Source: Candidatus Niyogibacteria bacterium CG10_big_fil_rev_8_21_14_0_10_46_36 (GTDB taxonomy: Bacteria; Patescibacteriota; Minisyncoccia; 1-14-0-10-42-19). From it: DNA of 64,000 nucleotides. The stretch lies in the NCBI GenBank assembly GCA_002772995.1, contig PFCO01000001.1:244-64243 (forward strand), written 5' to 3'. Both the position numbers and the translations under genes were made by a program. This document shows positions 9,958 through 19,951 of the stretch, in pieces. The notes beneath the pieces are model-generated. The model was not told the origin of the DNA. It saw only the letters and a list, made by a program, of their open reading frames with translations, and made no database searches. The number at the start of each line of letters is the position of its first letter. Positions within the stretch are counted from its first letter, which is position 1.

Positions 9958-11247
9958 ATGAATGAGGACTCTTATGCTCTTGTTATACGGGGAGGGAAAG
10001 AACTTTCCGGAGCCATTGCCGTAAACGGCGCAAAAAATGATGTCTTGTCACTTATGGCAGCATCTGTTGTATTTTCCCATCCAGTTACGCTTACAAATGT
10101 TCCGCGTATAAGCGATGTCGCGAAAATGAAAGCGCTTCTTGAGGGAATTGGCGTGCGGGTTACCGAAGACCCGGACAAACGAACTATTACGCTAGACCCG
10201 TCTTCTGTGAAAAATCCCGTTCTTGACGCCGCCCTTGCAGAAAAGATACGCGCTTCCGTTATGCTTATCGGGCCCGTTATGGCGCGTCTAGGCGAAATAA
10301 CATTTCCATATCCCGGCGGATGTGTTATCGGCAAACGGCCCATAGATTTTTTTATAAATGGATTCAAAAAACTCGGCGCTGACGTAACCGAATCGGATAC
10401 CGTATTCTCATTCCGTCTTAAAAAACACACGGGCGGGAACATCGTTCTTCCATACCCCAGCGTAACCGTAACTGAAACACTTATGATAAACTCGGCTCTT
10501 GGAAATGGAACGACAACTATTACAAATGCTGCATGTGAACCGGAGATAGAAAGCCTTGCGCAGTTTCTTGGCTCAGGGGGTGCCCATATCACGGGCGCCG
10601 GCACTCACACTATAACCGTTCAAGGAACAAATGGCAGATTGCTTGCGCAAAGCCGCCCCGAAGCATTCCCCGTATTGCCCGACAGGATAGAAGCAGGAAG
10701 CTTTGCGATACTTGCAAGTCTTCTTGGAAATCCTATCCGCATAACACAGTGTGCGCCCCGTCACATAGAAAGCCTCCTGGAGCGGCTCCGTGACCTTGGT
10801 GTATCGGTGCGCGCAGGGAATGACTGGATAGAAATACGGCGGCCAAAACAATTTACATCCGTAGACATAAAGACCGGGCCGTACCCTGCATTTGCAACTG
10901 ATCTTCAAGCTCCATTCACAGTGCTCTTAACGCAGGCGGGAGGAAAGGCCGTGGTATTTGAAACCGTCTTTGAGGAACGCCTTCATTACATAGAAGAGTT
11001 GAAACAGATGGGCGCGAATATAACGCTTTGCGACCCGCACCGCGCGATTGTTGTTGGACCAACGCCGCTTTCAGGGAGAGCTGTAAAAAGTCCGGATTTG
11101 CGCGCGGGGCTTGCGTTCATCATTGCAGGGCTCATTGCAAAAGGCGAATCAGTCATTCATAATGTATATCATATCGACAGAGGCTATGAAGACATTGAGG
11201 CACGCTTGCGCGCGCTTGGCGCATCTATAGAACGGCGGACTCTATAA
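9958..11247 (+). CDS. murA: UDP-N-acetylglucosamine 1-carboxyvinyltransferase
   Basis: GAKN, RAS, PGGCVIGKRP, TDLQ, DLRAG, IDRGYE. Confidence 0.97.
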   Translation: MNEDSYALVIRGGKELSGAIAVNGAKNDVLSLMAASVVFSHPVTLTNVPRISDVAKMKALLEGIGVRVTEDPDKRTITLDPSSVKNPVLDAALAEKIRASVMLIGPVMARLGEITFPYPGGCVIGKRPIDFFINGFKKLGADVTESDTVFSFRLKKHTGGNIVLPYPSVTVTETLMINSALGNGTTTITNAACEPEIESLAQFLGSGGAHITGAGTHTITVQGTNGRLLAQSRPEAFPVLPDRIEAGSFAILASLLGNPIRITQCAPRHIESLLERLRDLGVSVRAGNDWIEIRRPKQFTSVDIKTGPYPAFATDLQAPFTVLLTQAGGKAVVFETVFEERLHYIEELKQMGANITLCDPHRAIVVGPTPLSGRAVKSPDLRAGLAFIIAGLIAKGESVIHNVYHIDRGYEDIEARLRALGASIERRTL

Positions 11248-11258
11248 TCACTATTACC

Positions 11259-12272
11259 GTGGGAATTTTTACGACAAAATTAGGAATCGACCTGGGAACC
11301 GCAAACACGCTGGTGTTTGTCCCGAAAAAGGGGATCGTGCTGAACGAACCTTCTGTTGTTGCCGTTTCCCTTGCGGAAAATAAAGTGGTTGCGGTAGGGA
11401 ACGAGGCAAAGCGCATGGTGGGGAAAACGCCAGACACTATTATTGCATACCGTCCGATGAAAGACGGGGTTATTGCGGACTACCGCATCACCGAAACAAT
11501 GCTCCGCTATTACATAAAAAAAGCGCTCGGCAAGTGGAACATTGCAAAGCCTGAGGTGCTCATCTCCGTTCCTGCGGGAGTGACATCCACCGAAAAGCGT
11601 TCGGTAAGCGAAGCATCTCTGAAAGCGGGTTCAAAAAGAACATACATTATCAAAGAGCCTATTCTTGCAGCAATCGGCGCAGACATTCCGATTTATGAAC
11701 CGACCGGCCACATGGTGGTAGATATCGGCGGGGGTACAACTGATGCTGCGGTAATTTCGCTTGGCGGAATTGTTTCATCTACTTCAGTAAAAGTTGCAGG
11801 AAACAAGATAGACCAGGCAATATCCGATTATATTAAGAAGAATTACAACCTCGCGGTCGGCGATAAAAGCTCTGAAGATATCAAGATAAAGATCGGTTCT
11901 GCAATTCCTGTTGAAAAAGAAGCACGATACGAAATAAAAGGACGGGATCTCCTTACGGGACTCCCGCGGAGTATTGTCATCACAACAAACGAAGTTGTAA
12001 AAGCGATTGAAAGCGAACTCCGTGAAATAACAAAAGCAATAAAATATGTTCTTCAGGAAACACCGCCTGAACTTGCGGCAGATATTATTGACCAGGGGAT
12101 AGTCATGACAGGAGGATCGTCCCTTCTTCACAACATGACGGAGCTCGTATACCGCGCGACAGGCGTAAAAGCCCGGGTTGCTGACGATGCGCTTTTCTGT
12201 GTCGCAAAAGGAACCGGTATCGCACTTGACCACCTCGATACATACAAAAAGAGCCTCACCTCAAAATCATAA
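11259..12272 (+). CDS. mreB: Rod shape-determining protein MreB/Mbl paralog 1
   Basis: IDLGTANT, VDIGGGTTD, TPPEL. Confidence 0.95.
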   Translation: MGIFTTKLGIDLGTANTLVFVPKKGIVLNEPSVVAVSLAENKVVAVGNEAKRMVGKTPDTIIAYRPMKDGVIADYRITETMLRYYIKKALGKWNIAKPEVLISVPAGVTSTEKRSVSEASLKAGSKRTYIIKEPILAAIGADIPIYEPTGHMVVDIGGGTTDAAVISLGGIVSSTSVKVAGNKIDQAISDYIKKNYNLAVGDKSSEDIKIKIGSAIPVEKEARYEIKGRDLLTGLPRSIVITTNEVVKAIESELREITKAIKYVLQETPPELAADIIDQGIVMTGGSSLLHNMTELVYRATGVKARVADDALFCVAKGTGIALDHLDTYKKSLTSKS

Positions 12273-12279
12273 GCGTATC

Positions 12280-12909
12280 ATGCTTCTAGACGACCACATA
12301 CGCCAAAAAACGCTTGCGCATGCGTACTTTATTACCGGCATAGCAAAGCCATACCTTGAAACACTCTTCAGGCCCGAATCTTTTGAGGTAATTATGCATA
12401 CAGAAAAGACCGGTATCGACGAGGTCCGGAACATCCTAAAGCGCGTATCTCTTGCCTCCATACCTGACAAGCGGCAGGTTGTCATACTAAATGCCGACCT
12501 CCTCGGACGCGAAGCAAAAAGCGCGCTTTTGAAAATCCTTGAGGAGCCTCCCCCATACACGCACTTTATTCTCTATGGAACATCGAAAAAAACACTCACT
12601 CCCGCGATCGCATCCCGTTTATTAGACGGAGGAAAAATTGTATACGAAGAACCGGAAGACCAAAAAAAACGAGTTGCTGTGTTTTTGAAAGCCGGCAATG
12701 ATCCCAAAAAGCGGGAAGCAGCACTCAAAGATATCGCCGACACCGCATCGCTTGCTCTATTTCTCCATGCGCTTGAAAACACCGTCCGCAAAGAAGCACA
12801 AGCGGAACGCGCGACGACACAGGAACGGATACATATTGCGCGCACCTTGCTTTCGCATCCGGTGCCCGTCGTATCATCCATTAAAGATTATATTTCGCTT
12901 CTTCTATGA
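12280..12909 (+). CDS. holB: DNA polymerase III delta-prime-like subunit, shortened
   Basis: HAYF, GIDEVR, ALLKILEEPP, IASR. Confidence 0.75.
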   Translation: MLLDDHIRQKTLAHAYFITGIAKPYLETLFRPESFEVIMHTEKTGIDEVRNILKRVSLASIPDKRQVVILNADLLGREAKSALLKILEEPPPYTHFILYGTSKKTLTPAIASRLLDGGKIVYEEPEDQKKRVAVFLKAGNDPKKREAALKDIADTASLALFLHALENTVRKEAQAERATTQERIHIARTLLSHPVPVVSSIKDYISLLL

Positions 12910-13028
12910 AAAAGGCTTTTTTGATATTATTCTTTATGTTTATACTTGCGATATTGGTCGTTCTATTCCAATCCTTATTTGAGGGCGGAATAGGCACCTT
13001 TTTCGAGAGGTTTAAATTATTCCCTTAG
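12906..13028 (+). CDS. Small single-TM protein (40 aa) absent from the ORF track
   Basis: MKKAFLILFFMFILAILVVLFQSLFEGGIGTFFERFKLFP; ATGA overlap with holB stop. Confidence 0.6.
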   Translation: MKKAFLILFFMFILAILVVLFQSLFEGGIGTFFERFKLFP

Positions 13029-13039
13029 TATCACTTTTT

Positions 13040-13591
13040 ATGGCTTACGATTTTTCTTATCTCACACAAGAATCAGACAAAATAAAAGATTGGCTTCAAC
13101 ATGAAATATCAGGACTCCGTACTGGCAGGGCCTCCCCACAGCTTGTGGAGAATGTAAAAGCGGATTACTACGGCCAACAAACACCAATAAAGCACATTGC
13201 CGCGATCACTATTCAGGATGCGCATACTATTGTTATCCAACCGTGGGACAAAAGCGCAATACCGGTCATTGAAAAAGCGCTCAACCAATCTGAAGTAGGC
13301 ATAAAGCCGGTTGTGGACAAAGATATCATCCGCCTGACGCTTCCGGAGCTGACCGGCGAACGCCGCGAACAACTCAAAAAAGTGGTTCGTGAAAAATTAG
13401 AAGAAGCAAAAATAACATTGCGAAAAATCCGCCATGAGGTTCTTGCCGACATAGAAGAACAAGAAAAAGCAAAGGAGATGAGCGAAGACGACAAATTCCG
13501 TTACAAAGAAGACCTCCAGAAGCACATAGAGAAAGCGACGGAGGAACTTGACGCAGTCGCTCTGCGCAAAACAAAAGAAATAGAATCATAA
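13040..13591 (+). CDS. frr: Ribosome recycling factor
   Basis: LRTGRASP, PELTGERR. Confidence 0.96.
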   Translation: MAYDFSYLTQESDKIKDWLQHEISGLRTGRASPQLVENVKADYYGQQTPIKHIAAITIQDAHTIVIQPWDKSAIPVIEKALNQSEVGIKPVVDKDIIRLTLPELTGERREQLKKVVREKLEEAKITLRKIRHEVLADIEEQEKAKEMSEDDKFRYKEDLQKHIEKATEELDAVALRKTKEIES

Positions 13592-13600
13592 TCGCACACC

Positions 13601-14677
13601 ATGACTATACTCTTATTTATTATCATCCTCGCATTCCTTATTCTTTCCCATGAATTCGGACACTTTATCACTGCAAAACGATCGGGCATCCGCGTAGAAG
13701 AATTTGGATTAGGCTTTCCCCCGCGTCTTTTTGGTATTAAGCGGGGAGAAACCCTCTATTCATTTAACCTAATCCCATTTGGTGGATTCGTAAAAATAGA
13801 AGGCGAGGAGGGGGAGCACCCCGACGACCCGAAGAGCTTTGCAGCAAAGCCGGCCTATATCAAAGCCGCGGTGCTTGTCGCGGGAGTTTTTTTTAATCTT
13901 CTGTTCGCATATCTTTTATTCGTCGCTATCAGCTGGGCGGGGACCCCCACGGATATCGGAGATGAAACACCGCCGGGCACCCGGGATATACGCATACTTG
14001 TAGGAAGTGTCGATGCTGAGTCTCCTGCAGAAAACGCGGGACTCATTACGGGAGACACTATTGTCCGGGCAAGTTTTGGAGAAGCATCTGCCGATATTCA
14101 CACCATAAGCGATATTCAGGCGTTCACCGAAGAATATAAAGGAGAGACCATCCAGCTAACACTCTTTCGCGACAAACATGAAGAAACAATACCTGTGCTT
14201 GCACGCGCAAATCCGCCTCCCGGAGAAGGGCCGCTCGGCATTTCGCTTCTTCGTGTAGGAATTGTAAAATCGCCCTGGTACAAAGCGCTATGGGAGGGCG
14301 CAGAAACTCTTGCGCGGAGCTTCTATCTTGTCATTATGGGTTTTTACGATATTATACGCATTGCTCTTGCGGGCGAGGACACAAGCGCGTACCTTGCAGG
14401 ACCTATCGGCATTGTTTCCCTTGTAGGGCAATCGCTTGATCTTGGCTTTTTATTTCTTTTGCAATTCACCGCAATCCTGGCAGTGCACCTGGCAGTCATT
14501 AATCTTGTGCCATTCCCTGCGCTTGATGGGGGAAGACTTTTCTTTTTGCTCATAGAAACGGTGATGCGCCGCCCACTTCCAAAAACATTCACTAATTACG
14601 CAAACACACTTGGATTCTTTTTCCTCATCGGGCTGATGCTCTTGATAACGGCTGCGGACGTAAAAAAGCTTTTTTAA
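13601..14677 (+). CDS. rseP: Site-2 protease RseP (M50, PDZ)
   Basis: HEFGH, GFPP, NLVPFPALDGG. Confidence 0.93.
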   Translation: MTILLFIIILAFLILSHEFGHFITAKRSGIRVEEFGLGFPPRLFGIKRGETLYSFNLIPFGGFVKIEGEEGEHPDDPKSFAAKPAYIKAAVLVAGVFFNLLFAYLLFVAISWAGTPTDIGDETPPGTRDIRILVGSVDAESPAENAGLITGDTIVRASFGEASADIHTISDIQAFTEEYKGETIQLTLFRDKHEETIPVLARANPPPGEGPLGISLLRVGIVKSPWYKALWEGAETLARSFYLVIMGFYDIIRIALAGEDTSAYLAGPIGIVSLVGQSLDLGFLFLLQFTAILAVHLAVINLVPFPALDGGRLFFLLIETVMRRPLPKTFTNYANTLGFFFLIGLMLLITAADVKKLF

Positions 14678-14755
14678 GACTCCTTCCACACGCGCATTTC
14701 CCTTTATTTGCAACGCATATTGATAATACGCTCTAATGCTGGTACTTTAGAGTAT

Positions 14756-16009
14756 ATGCGCCAATCGCAACTCTTCGGAAAATCCAAAAAAGAAAAACCA
14801 GCGGATGAAATTGCAAAAAACGCCATCCTTCTTGAACAAGGCGGTTTTGTTTATAAGACCATGGCGGGGGTGTACGACTACTTACCACTGGGGTTTCGCG
14901 TGCTCGAAAAAATAAATACAATTATCCGCGAAGAAATGGATGCGATAGGCGGACAAGAGCTCTTTTTATCTGCACTACAGCCACGCGAACGATGGGAAAA
15001 AACAGGACGATGGGAAAAATTAAAAGAGATTATGTACCAATTCCGAGATAATTCCGGACGGGACATTGGACTTGCAACCACTCATGAGGAGGCGCTTGCC
15101 GAAATCGCGACGCAATCTATCCAGTCATACAAAGACCTTCCGCTTTTTGTGTATCAAATACAAACAAAATTCCGCGATGAACCGCGCGCAAAATCAGGAC
15201 TTATGCGCGGACGCGAATTTTTGATGAAAGACCTCTACAGCTTCCATGCGTCAAAAGAAGACCTGGATGCCTTTTACATGCGCGCGGGAAAGGCGTACGA
15301 AACCATATTTTCACGAATGAACCTCCCGGCCCTTGCGACAGAGGCTGGTGGAGGAACATTCACCGATGACATTACTCATGAATACCAGGTGCTTTCCGAA
15401 GCGGGAGAGGATATTATTTTTTATTGCAAAAAATGCCATTTTTCCCAAAACAAAGAAATTGCCAATCTTGCCGAAGGAGACTCATGTCCCAAGTGCACGG
15501 GGGCGATAGCTACGGGGAAAAGCATTGAGGTGGGTAATATTTTCCGCCTCGGCACGACTTTTGCAGAAGCTTTTGGTCTCATGTACAGCGACGAAAAAGG
15601 AAGGAAATACCCCGTGTGGATGGGGAGTTACGGCATCGGCCCAGGACGCCTTATGGCTACCGCGGTTGAGGTGCATGCCGATGAAAGGGGAATTGCTTGG
15701 CCGAAAACATTAAGCCCGTTCCAAACCCACCTGGTAGCAATTTCCGGGAACGACCCCGGCATAGAAAAACAGGCAGAAACATTTTATACTACGCTTACGG
15801 AACGTGGCATCGATGTTCTTTTTGACGATCGAAAAGAAAAAACACCGGGAGAAAAATTTGCCGACGCCGATCTTATCGGCATTCCGCTCCGGATAGTTAT
15901 TTCCGCAAAGACACTGACAGAGGACTCAGTTGAATTAAAAAAACGGAACGAGAAATCGGCGATACTTATTCCTAAAAAAGATATTGATACAATCATCGCA
16001 TCATGCTAA
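14756..16009 (+). CDS. proS: Prolyl-tRNA synthetase, short form without editing insertion
   Basis: THEE, KFRDEPR, REFLMKDLYSF, EVGNIF, GSYGIG. Confidence 0.95.
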   Translation: MRQSQLFGKSKKEKPADEIAKNAILLEQGGFVYKTMAGVYDYLPLGFRVLEKINTIIREEMDAIGGQELFLSALQPRERWEKTGRWEKLKEIMYQFRDNSGRDIGLATTHEEALAEIATQSIQSYKDLPLFVYQIQTKFRDEPRAKSGLMRGREFLMKDLYSFHASKEDLDAFYMRAGKAYETIFSRMNLPALATEAGGGTFTDDITHEYQVLSEAGEDIIFYCKKCHFSQNKEIANLAEGDSCPKCTGAIATGKSIEVGNIFRLGTTFAEAFGLMYSDEKGRKYPVWMGSYGIGPGRLMATAVEVHADERGIAWPKTLSPFQTHLVAISGNDPGIEKQAETFYTTLTERGIDVLFDDRKEKTPGEKFADADLIGIPLRIVISAKTLTEDSVELKKRNEKSAILIPKKDIDTIIASC

Positions 16010-16048
16010 ACAATCTGTTCAGTTTGTATAACACAATCCCGACACCAT

Positions 16049-17107
16049 ATGAATCTATTCAATAAAATTTTTAGTTTATTTTCACACGACATTGGCATTG
16101 ATCTTGGTACTGCAAATACGCTCGTCTATGTAAAAGGACGCGGCGTTATTATCAACGAACCATCGCTTGTCGCGCTGAACAAAAAAACAGAGCAGGTAGT
16201 TGCTATCGGGAAAAACGCAAAACAAATGATTGGGCGCACGCCCGCACATATTGGCATCATCCGCCCGCTTATTGAGGGCGTGGTGTCCAACTTTGAAATA
16301 ACTCAAGAAATGCTCTCGTACTTCATCAAAAAAGTACACTCCGAGGGCAAGCAACTTTTTGCCCGTCCGCGCGTAGTCGTTGGTGTTCCGTCGGAGATTA
16401 CAGAAGTCGAGCGCCGCGCCGTACGGGATGCGTCCCAGAACGCCGGAGCACGAGAAACATATTTGGTAGAAGAACCGATGGCAGCTGCCATCGGCATCGG
16501 GCTCCCCGTAAAAGAGCCGGTGGGTAACATGATAGTTGATATCGGCGGAGGAACGACCGACATTGCGGTTATTTCTCTTGGGGGTATTGTTACCTCTATG
16601 AACTTGCGGGTTGCCGGGGACAAGCTCAATGACGATATTGTTTCGTATTCACGAGACGAATTACGGCTTTTTCTAGGAGAAAAAACGGCCGAAGATGTAA
16701 AAGTTGCAATTGGCATGGCGTACAAAGTGGGCCAAACACAAGAATCAACCATACGAGGACGGGACATTATCAGCGGCCTTCCACGCGAAGTTATCATCAC
16801 TGATGACGATATCCAAGAAGCAATGTCCAAGTCAATCAAAATAATTATTGAATCAGTCAAGGAAGTTATCGAAACTACCCCGCCAGAGCTCGTCGCAGAT
16901 ATCATGCAGCGGGGGATATACCTCGTAGGGGGCGGATCATATCTTCGCGGCATCGGCATGCTTATTCAGCGCGAAACAAAGATTCCCGTAAAAGTTCCCG
17001 ATGACCCTATGTATGCGGTGGTGAACGGATGCGGCATCATTCTTGATAATTTTGAAGAATACCAAAGCGTCTTAATACAAGACAGCGAAGAGATTATTCC
17101 TCAATAA
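16049..17107 (+). CDS. mreB: Rod shape-determining protein MreB paralog 2
   Basis: DIGIDLGTANT, TEVERRAV, DIGGGTTD; followed by mreC. Confidence 0.96.
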   Translation: MNLFNKIFSLFSHDIGIDLGTANTLVYVKGRGVIINEPSLVALNKKTEQVVAIGKNAKQMIGRTPAHIGIIRPLIEGVVSNFEITQEMLSYFIKKVHSEGKQLFARPRVVVGVPSEITEVERRAVRDASQNAGARETYLVEEPMAAAIGIGLPVKEPVGNMIVDIGGGTTDIAVISLGGIVTSMNLRVAGDKLNDDIVSYSRDELRLFLGEKTAEDVKVAIGMAYKVGQTQESTIRGRDIISGLPREVIITDDDIQEAMSKSIKIIIESVKEVIETTPPELVADIMQRGIYLVGGGSYLRGIGMLIQRETKIPVKVPDDPMYAVVNGCGIILDNFEEYQSVLIQDSEEIIPQ

Positions 17108-17132
17108 TATTTTCTTTACCATTTTTTGTGTA

Positions 17133-17894
17133 ATGCGGACCTTGTTTAAAAAAGGATGGCTTTTTATCATAGCGATTATCTTAATCGCTCTTTTTTCGTG
17201 GGGAGATGCGCGGCGCATGGGGGTATCATTTTTCATGCTCATCCAAAAACCATTCTCGGCAAGCGCCGAATATATATCCAATACATCAGCATATATCTGG
17301 AGCTATGTTCAATCCAAAGACCGCCTCACCGAAGAGCGTGATGCGCTCACTGCAGAGATAGAACGCCTGCGGACAGAACTTGCGCTCACCGAAGACATAC
17401 GGAGCGACTACGATTCGCTCCTGAAGGCAATTGATGAATCTCCGGACGAAGGAACCATCGCGCGTGTCCTCCCAAATCCCTCATCCCATACATTTGGCAT
17501 AATAACAGTGAACAAGGGAAGCGAGGACGGCATTCAGACAAACATGAAAGCCCTGCTTCATGGCACAATACTTGTGGGGTTTGTAGAAGAGGTATCCGCG
17601 CACTCAGCGCGCGTCCGCTTATTATCGTCATTCAACACAGAAACACAGTTAAAACTCGGTGATACACAATCTACTATTCTTGCAACGGGCCGGGGAGACG
17701 GCTTATTGCAGATTACCCTTCCGCGCGATTTTCCGGTTATCCCGGGGGACCGGCTTTTGTACATTGATTCGGCTCCATTCCTTGCTGCTATCGTTGACAC
17801 AGTAAAAGAACCGGGGGCGGAATCAACCCGGAAGATTCAGGCAACAACACCATTTAATCCGAGAACTATTTCTCTCGTTGCTCTTGTTCCTTAA
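17133..17894 (+). CDS. mreC: Rod shape-determining protein MreC
   Basis: TM, coiled coil, VNKGSEDGI, LVGFVEEV; synteny. Confidence 0.88.
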   Translation: MRTLFKKGWLFIIAIILIALFSWGDARRMGVSFFMLIQKPFSASAEYISNTSAYIWSYVQSKDRLTEERDALTAEIERLRTELALTEDIRSDYDSLLKAIDESPDEGTIARVLPNPSSHTFGIITVNKGSEDGIQTNMKALLHGTILVGFVEEVSAHSARVRLLSSFNTETQLKLGDTQSTILATGRGDGLLQITLPRDFPVIPGDRLLYIDSAPFLAAIVDTVKEPGAESTRKIQATTPFNPRTISLVALVP

Positions 17895-18268
17895 TGAAGA
17901 CATTCTTTCTCCGTACTGCTTTTTTCCTCATCGGAGCGGTTGGCATATTCCTTGCGCCGTGGGTAACGCTCGTGTGCGGCGCTTTTTTATTTTCACTCTA
18001 TTTTAAAAACCCGCTTGAAATACTTATCCTTGGCTTAGCATTTGAATTTCTTTCCGGCATTCCTCCGGGAACTGTCATTCTTCCGCTTGCATTTACCATA
18101 GCGCTCCAAAATGAGCTTAAGGACCGCTTGGATGCTGACTCGTTCATCGCGATAGTAATCCTCCTTGCGGTTTCCATATTTGTATTTATCTCCATCCGGG
18201 CGCTTTTTTTGCTCATCTTATTCGGCTATCCGGGCGTTCTCGCGTGGCAATTTTTCACCCTTTTTTAA
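17894..18268 (+). CDS. Membrane protein, MreD-like
   Basis: Highly hydrophobic, coupled to mreC (TAATG). Confidence 0.55.
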   Translation: MKTFFLRTAFFLIGAVGIFLAPWVTLVCGAFLFSLYFKNPLEILILGLAFEFLSGIPPGTVILPLAFTIALQNELKDRLDADSFIAIVILLAVSIFVFISIRALFLLILFGYPGVLAWQFFTLF

Positions 18269-18305
18269 GCTGACGAAAACAAAAATGCTATGATATCATA
18301 CATAT

Positions 18306-19934
18306 ATGGCTAGTTATTCCATAATCATACGAAATGGCCGCGTTATTGATGGGAAGCGCTCCGCCCCCAAACAGGCGGATGTTGGCATTAAGGACGGCAA
18401 AATCATGGCAGTCGGCGATCTTTCGGTTGAAACGGGAGAGAAAGAGATAGACGCACGGGATCGCTATGTTGTGCCCGGATTTATAGATATCACCTCACAT
18501 TCCGATACGTATTGGACGCTTTTTAACTATCCGCTTCAAGAAAGTCTTTTGTGGCAAGGCGTTACCACTATTATTGGCGGCAATTGCGGTGCGTCACTCG
18601 CACCCCTTGTCTCCGGACAGGAAATAGAGGCGATACAAAAATGGACCGACACAACAACAATTAATATCAACTGGCAATCAGTGGAGGAATTATTTGATGA
18701 ATTGGACCGCCATCGTTTTGGTGTTAATGTGGGAACTCTCATTGGATTCGGAACAATACGCCGCGGAGTTGTAAAAAACATCAATGCTCCCGCGTCAACC
18801 GGAGAAATAGAAAAAATGAAATTTCTGCTCCAAAACGCAATCAAGGCAGGGGCATTTGGCCTTTCAACAAGCCTTGGACGTTCCCACGAACAACTTGCAA
18901 GCAAAGAGGAGCTCATGGCACTCTCCGAGGTAACCGCGGAAGCGGGCGGTATCGTAAAGTACCACCTCCGCAATGAAGGGGAGGGAATACTCCCGGCGCT
19001 CTCCGAGGCAATTGCGATTGCTCGAGACATTACAAGCAACCACCCGCCGACAAAAGAAAACCCGCGCCCATTCCACACGCATATTTCGCATTTTAAAATT
19101 CTTGGGAAACAGTCCTGGCCGTTCTTTGACGAAGTGTTGCACATGGTAGAACAAGCGCAGAAAGACGGTATTGCGATAACTATGGACATGTTCCCGTATA
19201 CACGAACCGGGTCAAGCCTGTATCTTTTGTTGCCATCCTGGGCCCGCGAAGGTGGCGGAGACGCAATGCTGAAACGATTGAGCGAAGAAGAAACGCGCAA
19301 GGCAATACAGGAAGATTTAAAAAAGCTCACACTGCATTATGAAAGAATAGTTGTCGCAAGTACCTTCCGCGATCAAACAGCGATCGGCAAAACAATAGCG
19401 GAACTTGCTGGGGAAACAAGCCTCACACCAGAAGAGGTTATTTTGAATCTTCTCCAAATCAACAATCTCAATGTTTCCATATTTAACGAAGTCATATCAG
19501 AAGAACATGTAATAGCGCTCGCGAAACGCCCGTACATTTATTTCGCATCGGATGGCGCGGGATTTAATGTCACAAAAAAGACCCCGAATATACTCCCGCA
19601 CCCGCGTTCTTTCGGCGCATTCCCTCGTGTATTGAGCGAATTCGTTAAGGAAAAATCTATTCTTTCGTGGGAAGAGGCAGTCCATAAAATGACATACCTC
19701 CCCGCAAAGCTTTTGGGCATAGACGACCGGGGGGTAATCGAGAAGGGCGCGCATGCCGACATTGTTGTCTTGCACCCCGAAAAGATACTCGACAAGGCAA
19801 CATACGAAAATCCGCTTCAGTATTCGGAGGGTATAGAGGTTGTATGCTTAAACGGTGAGATTGTTCTTGAGAACGGGGAAATCAGAAAAGATCCCGCGGG
19901 AATCGTTGTCAAAAAACAAAACGGGACATCATAA
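18306..19934 (+). CDS. N-acyl-D-amino-acid deacylase (D-aminoacylase family amidohydrolase)
   Basis: PGFIDITSHSD, GNCG, HLRNE, HISHFK, SDG, PHPRSFG. Confidence 0.88.
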   Translation: MASYSIIIRNGRVIDGKRSAPKQADVGIKDGKIMAVGDLSVETGEKEIDARDRYVVPGFIDITSHSDTYWTLFNYPLQESLLWQGVTTIIGGNCGASLAPLVSGQEIEAIQKWTDTTTININWQSVEELFDELDRHRFGVNVGTLIGFGTIRRGVVKNINAPASTGEIEKMKFLLQNAIKAGAFGLSTSLGRSHEQLASKEELMALSEVTAEAGGIVKYHLRNEGEGILPALSEAIAIARDITSNHPPTKENPRPFHTHISHFKILGKQSWPFFDEVLHMVEQAQKDGIAITMDMFPYTRTGSSLYLLLPSWAREGGGDAMLKRLSEEETRKAIQEDLKKLTLHYERIVVASTFRDQTAIGKTIAELAGETSLTPEEVILNLLQINNLNVSIFNEVISEEHVIALAKRPYIYFASDGAGFNVTKKTPNILPHPRSFGAFPRVLSEFVKEKSILSWEEAVHKMTYLPAKLLGIDDRGVIEKGAHADIVVLHPEKILDKATYENPLQYSEGIEVVCLNGEIVLENGEIRKDPAGIVVKKQNGTS

Positions 19935-19951
19935 CCCGTTTCTCTTCGATA

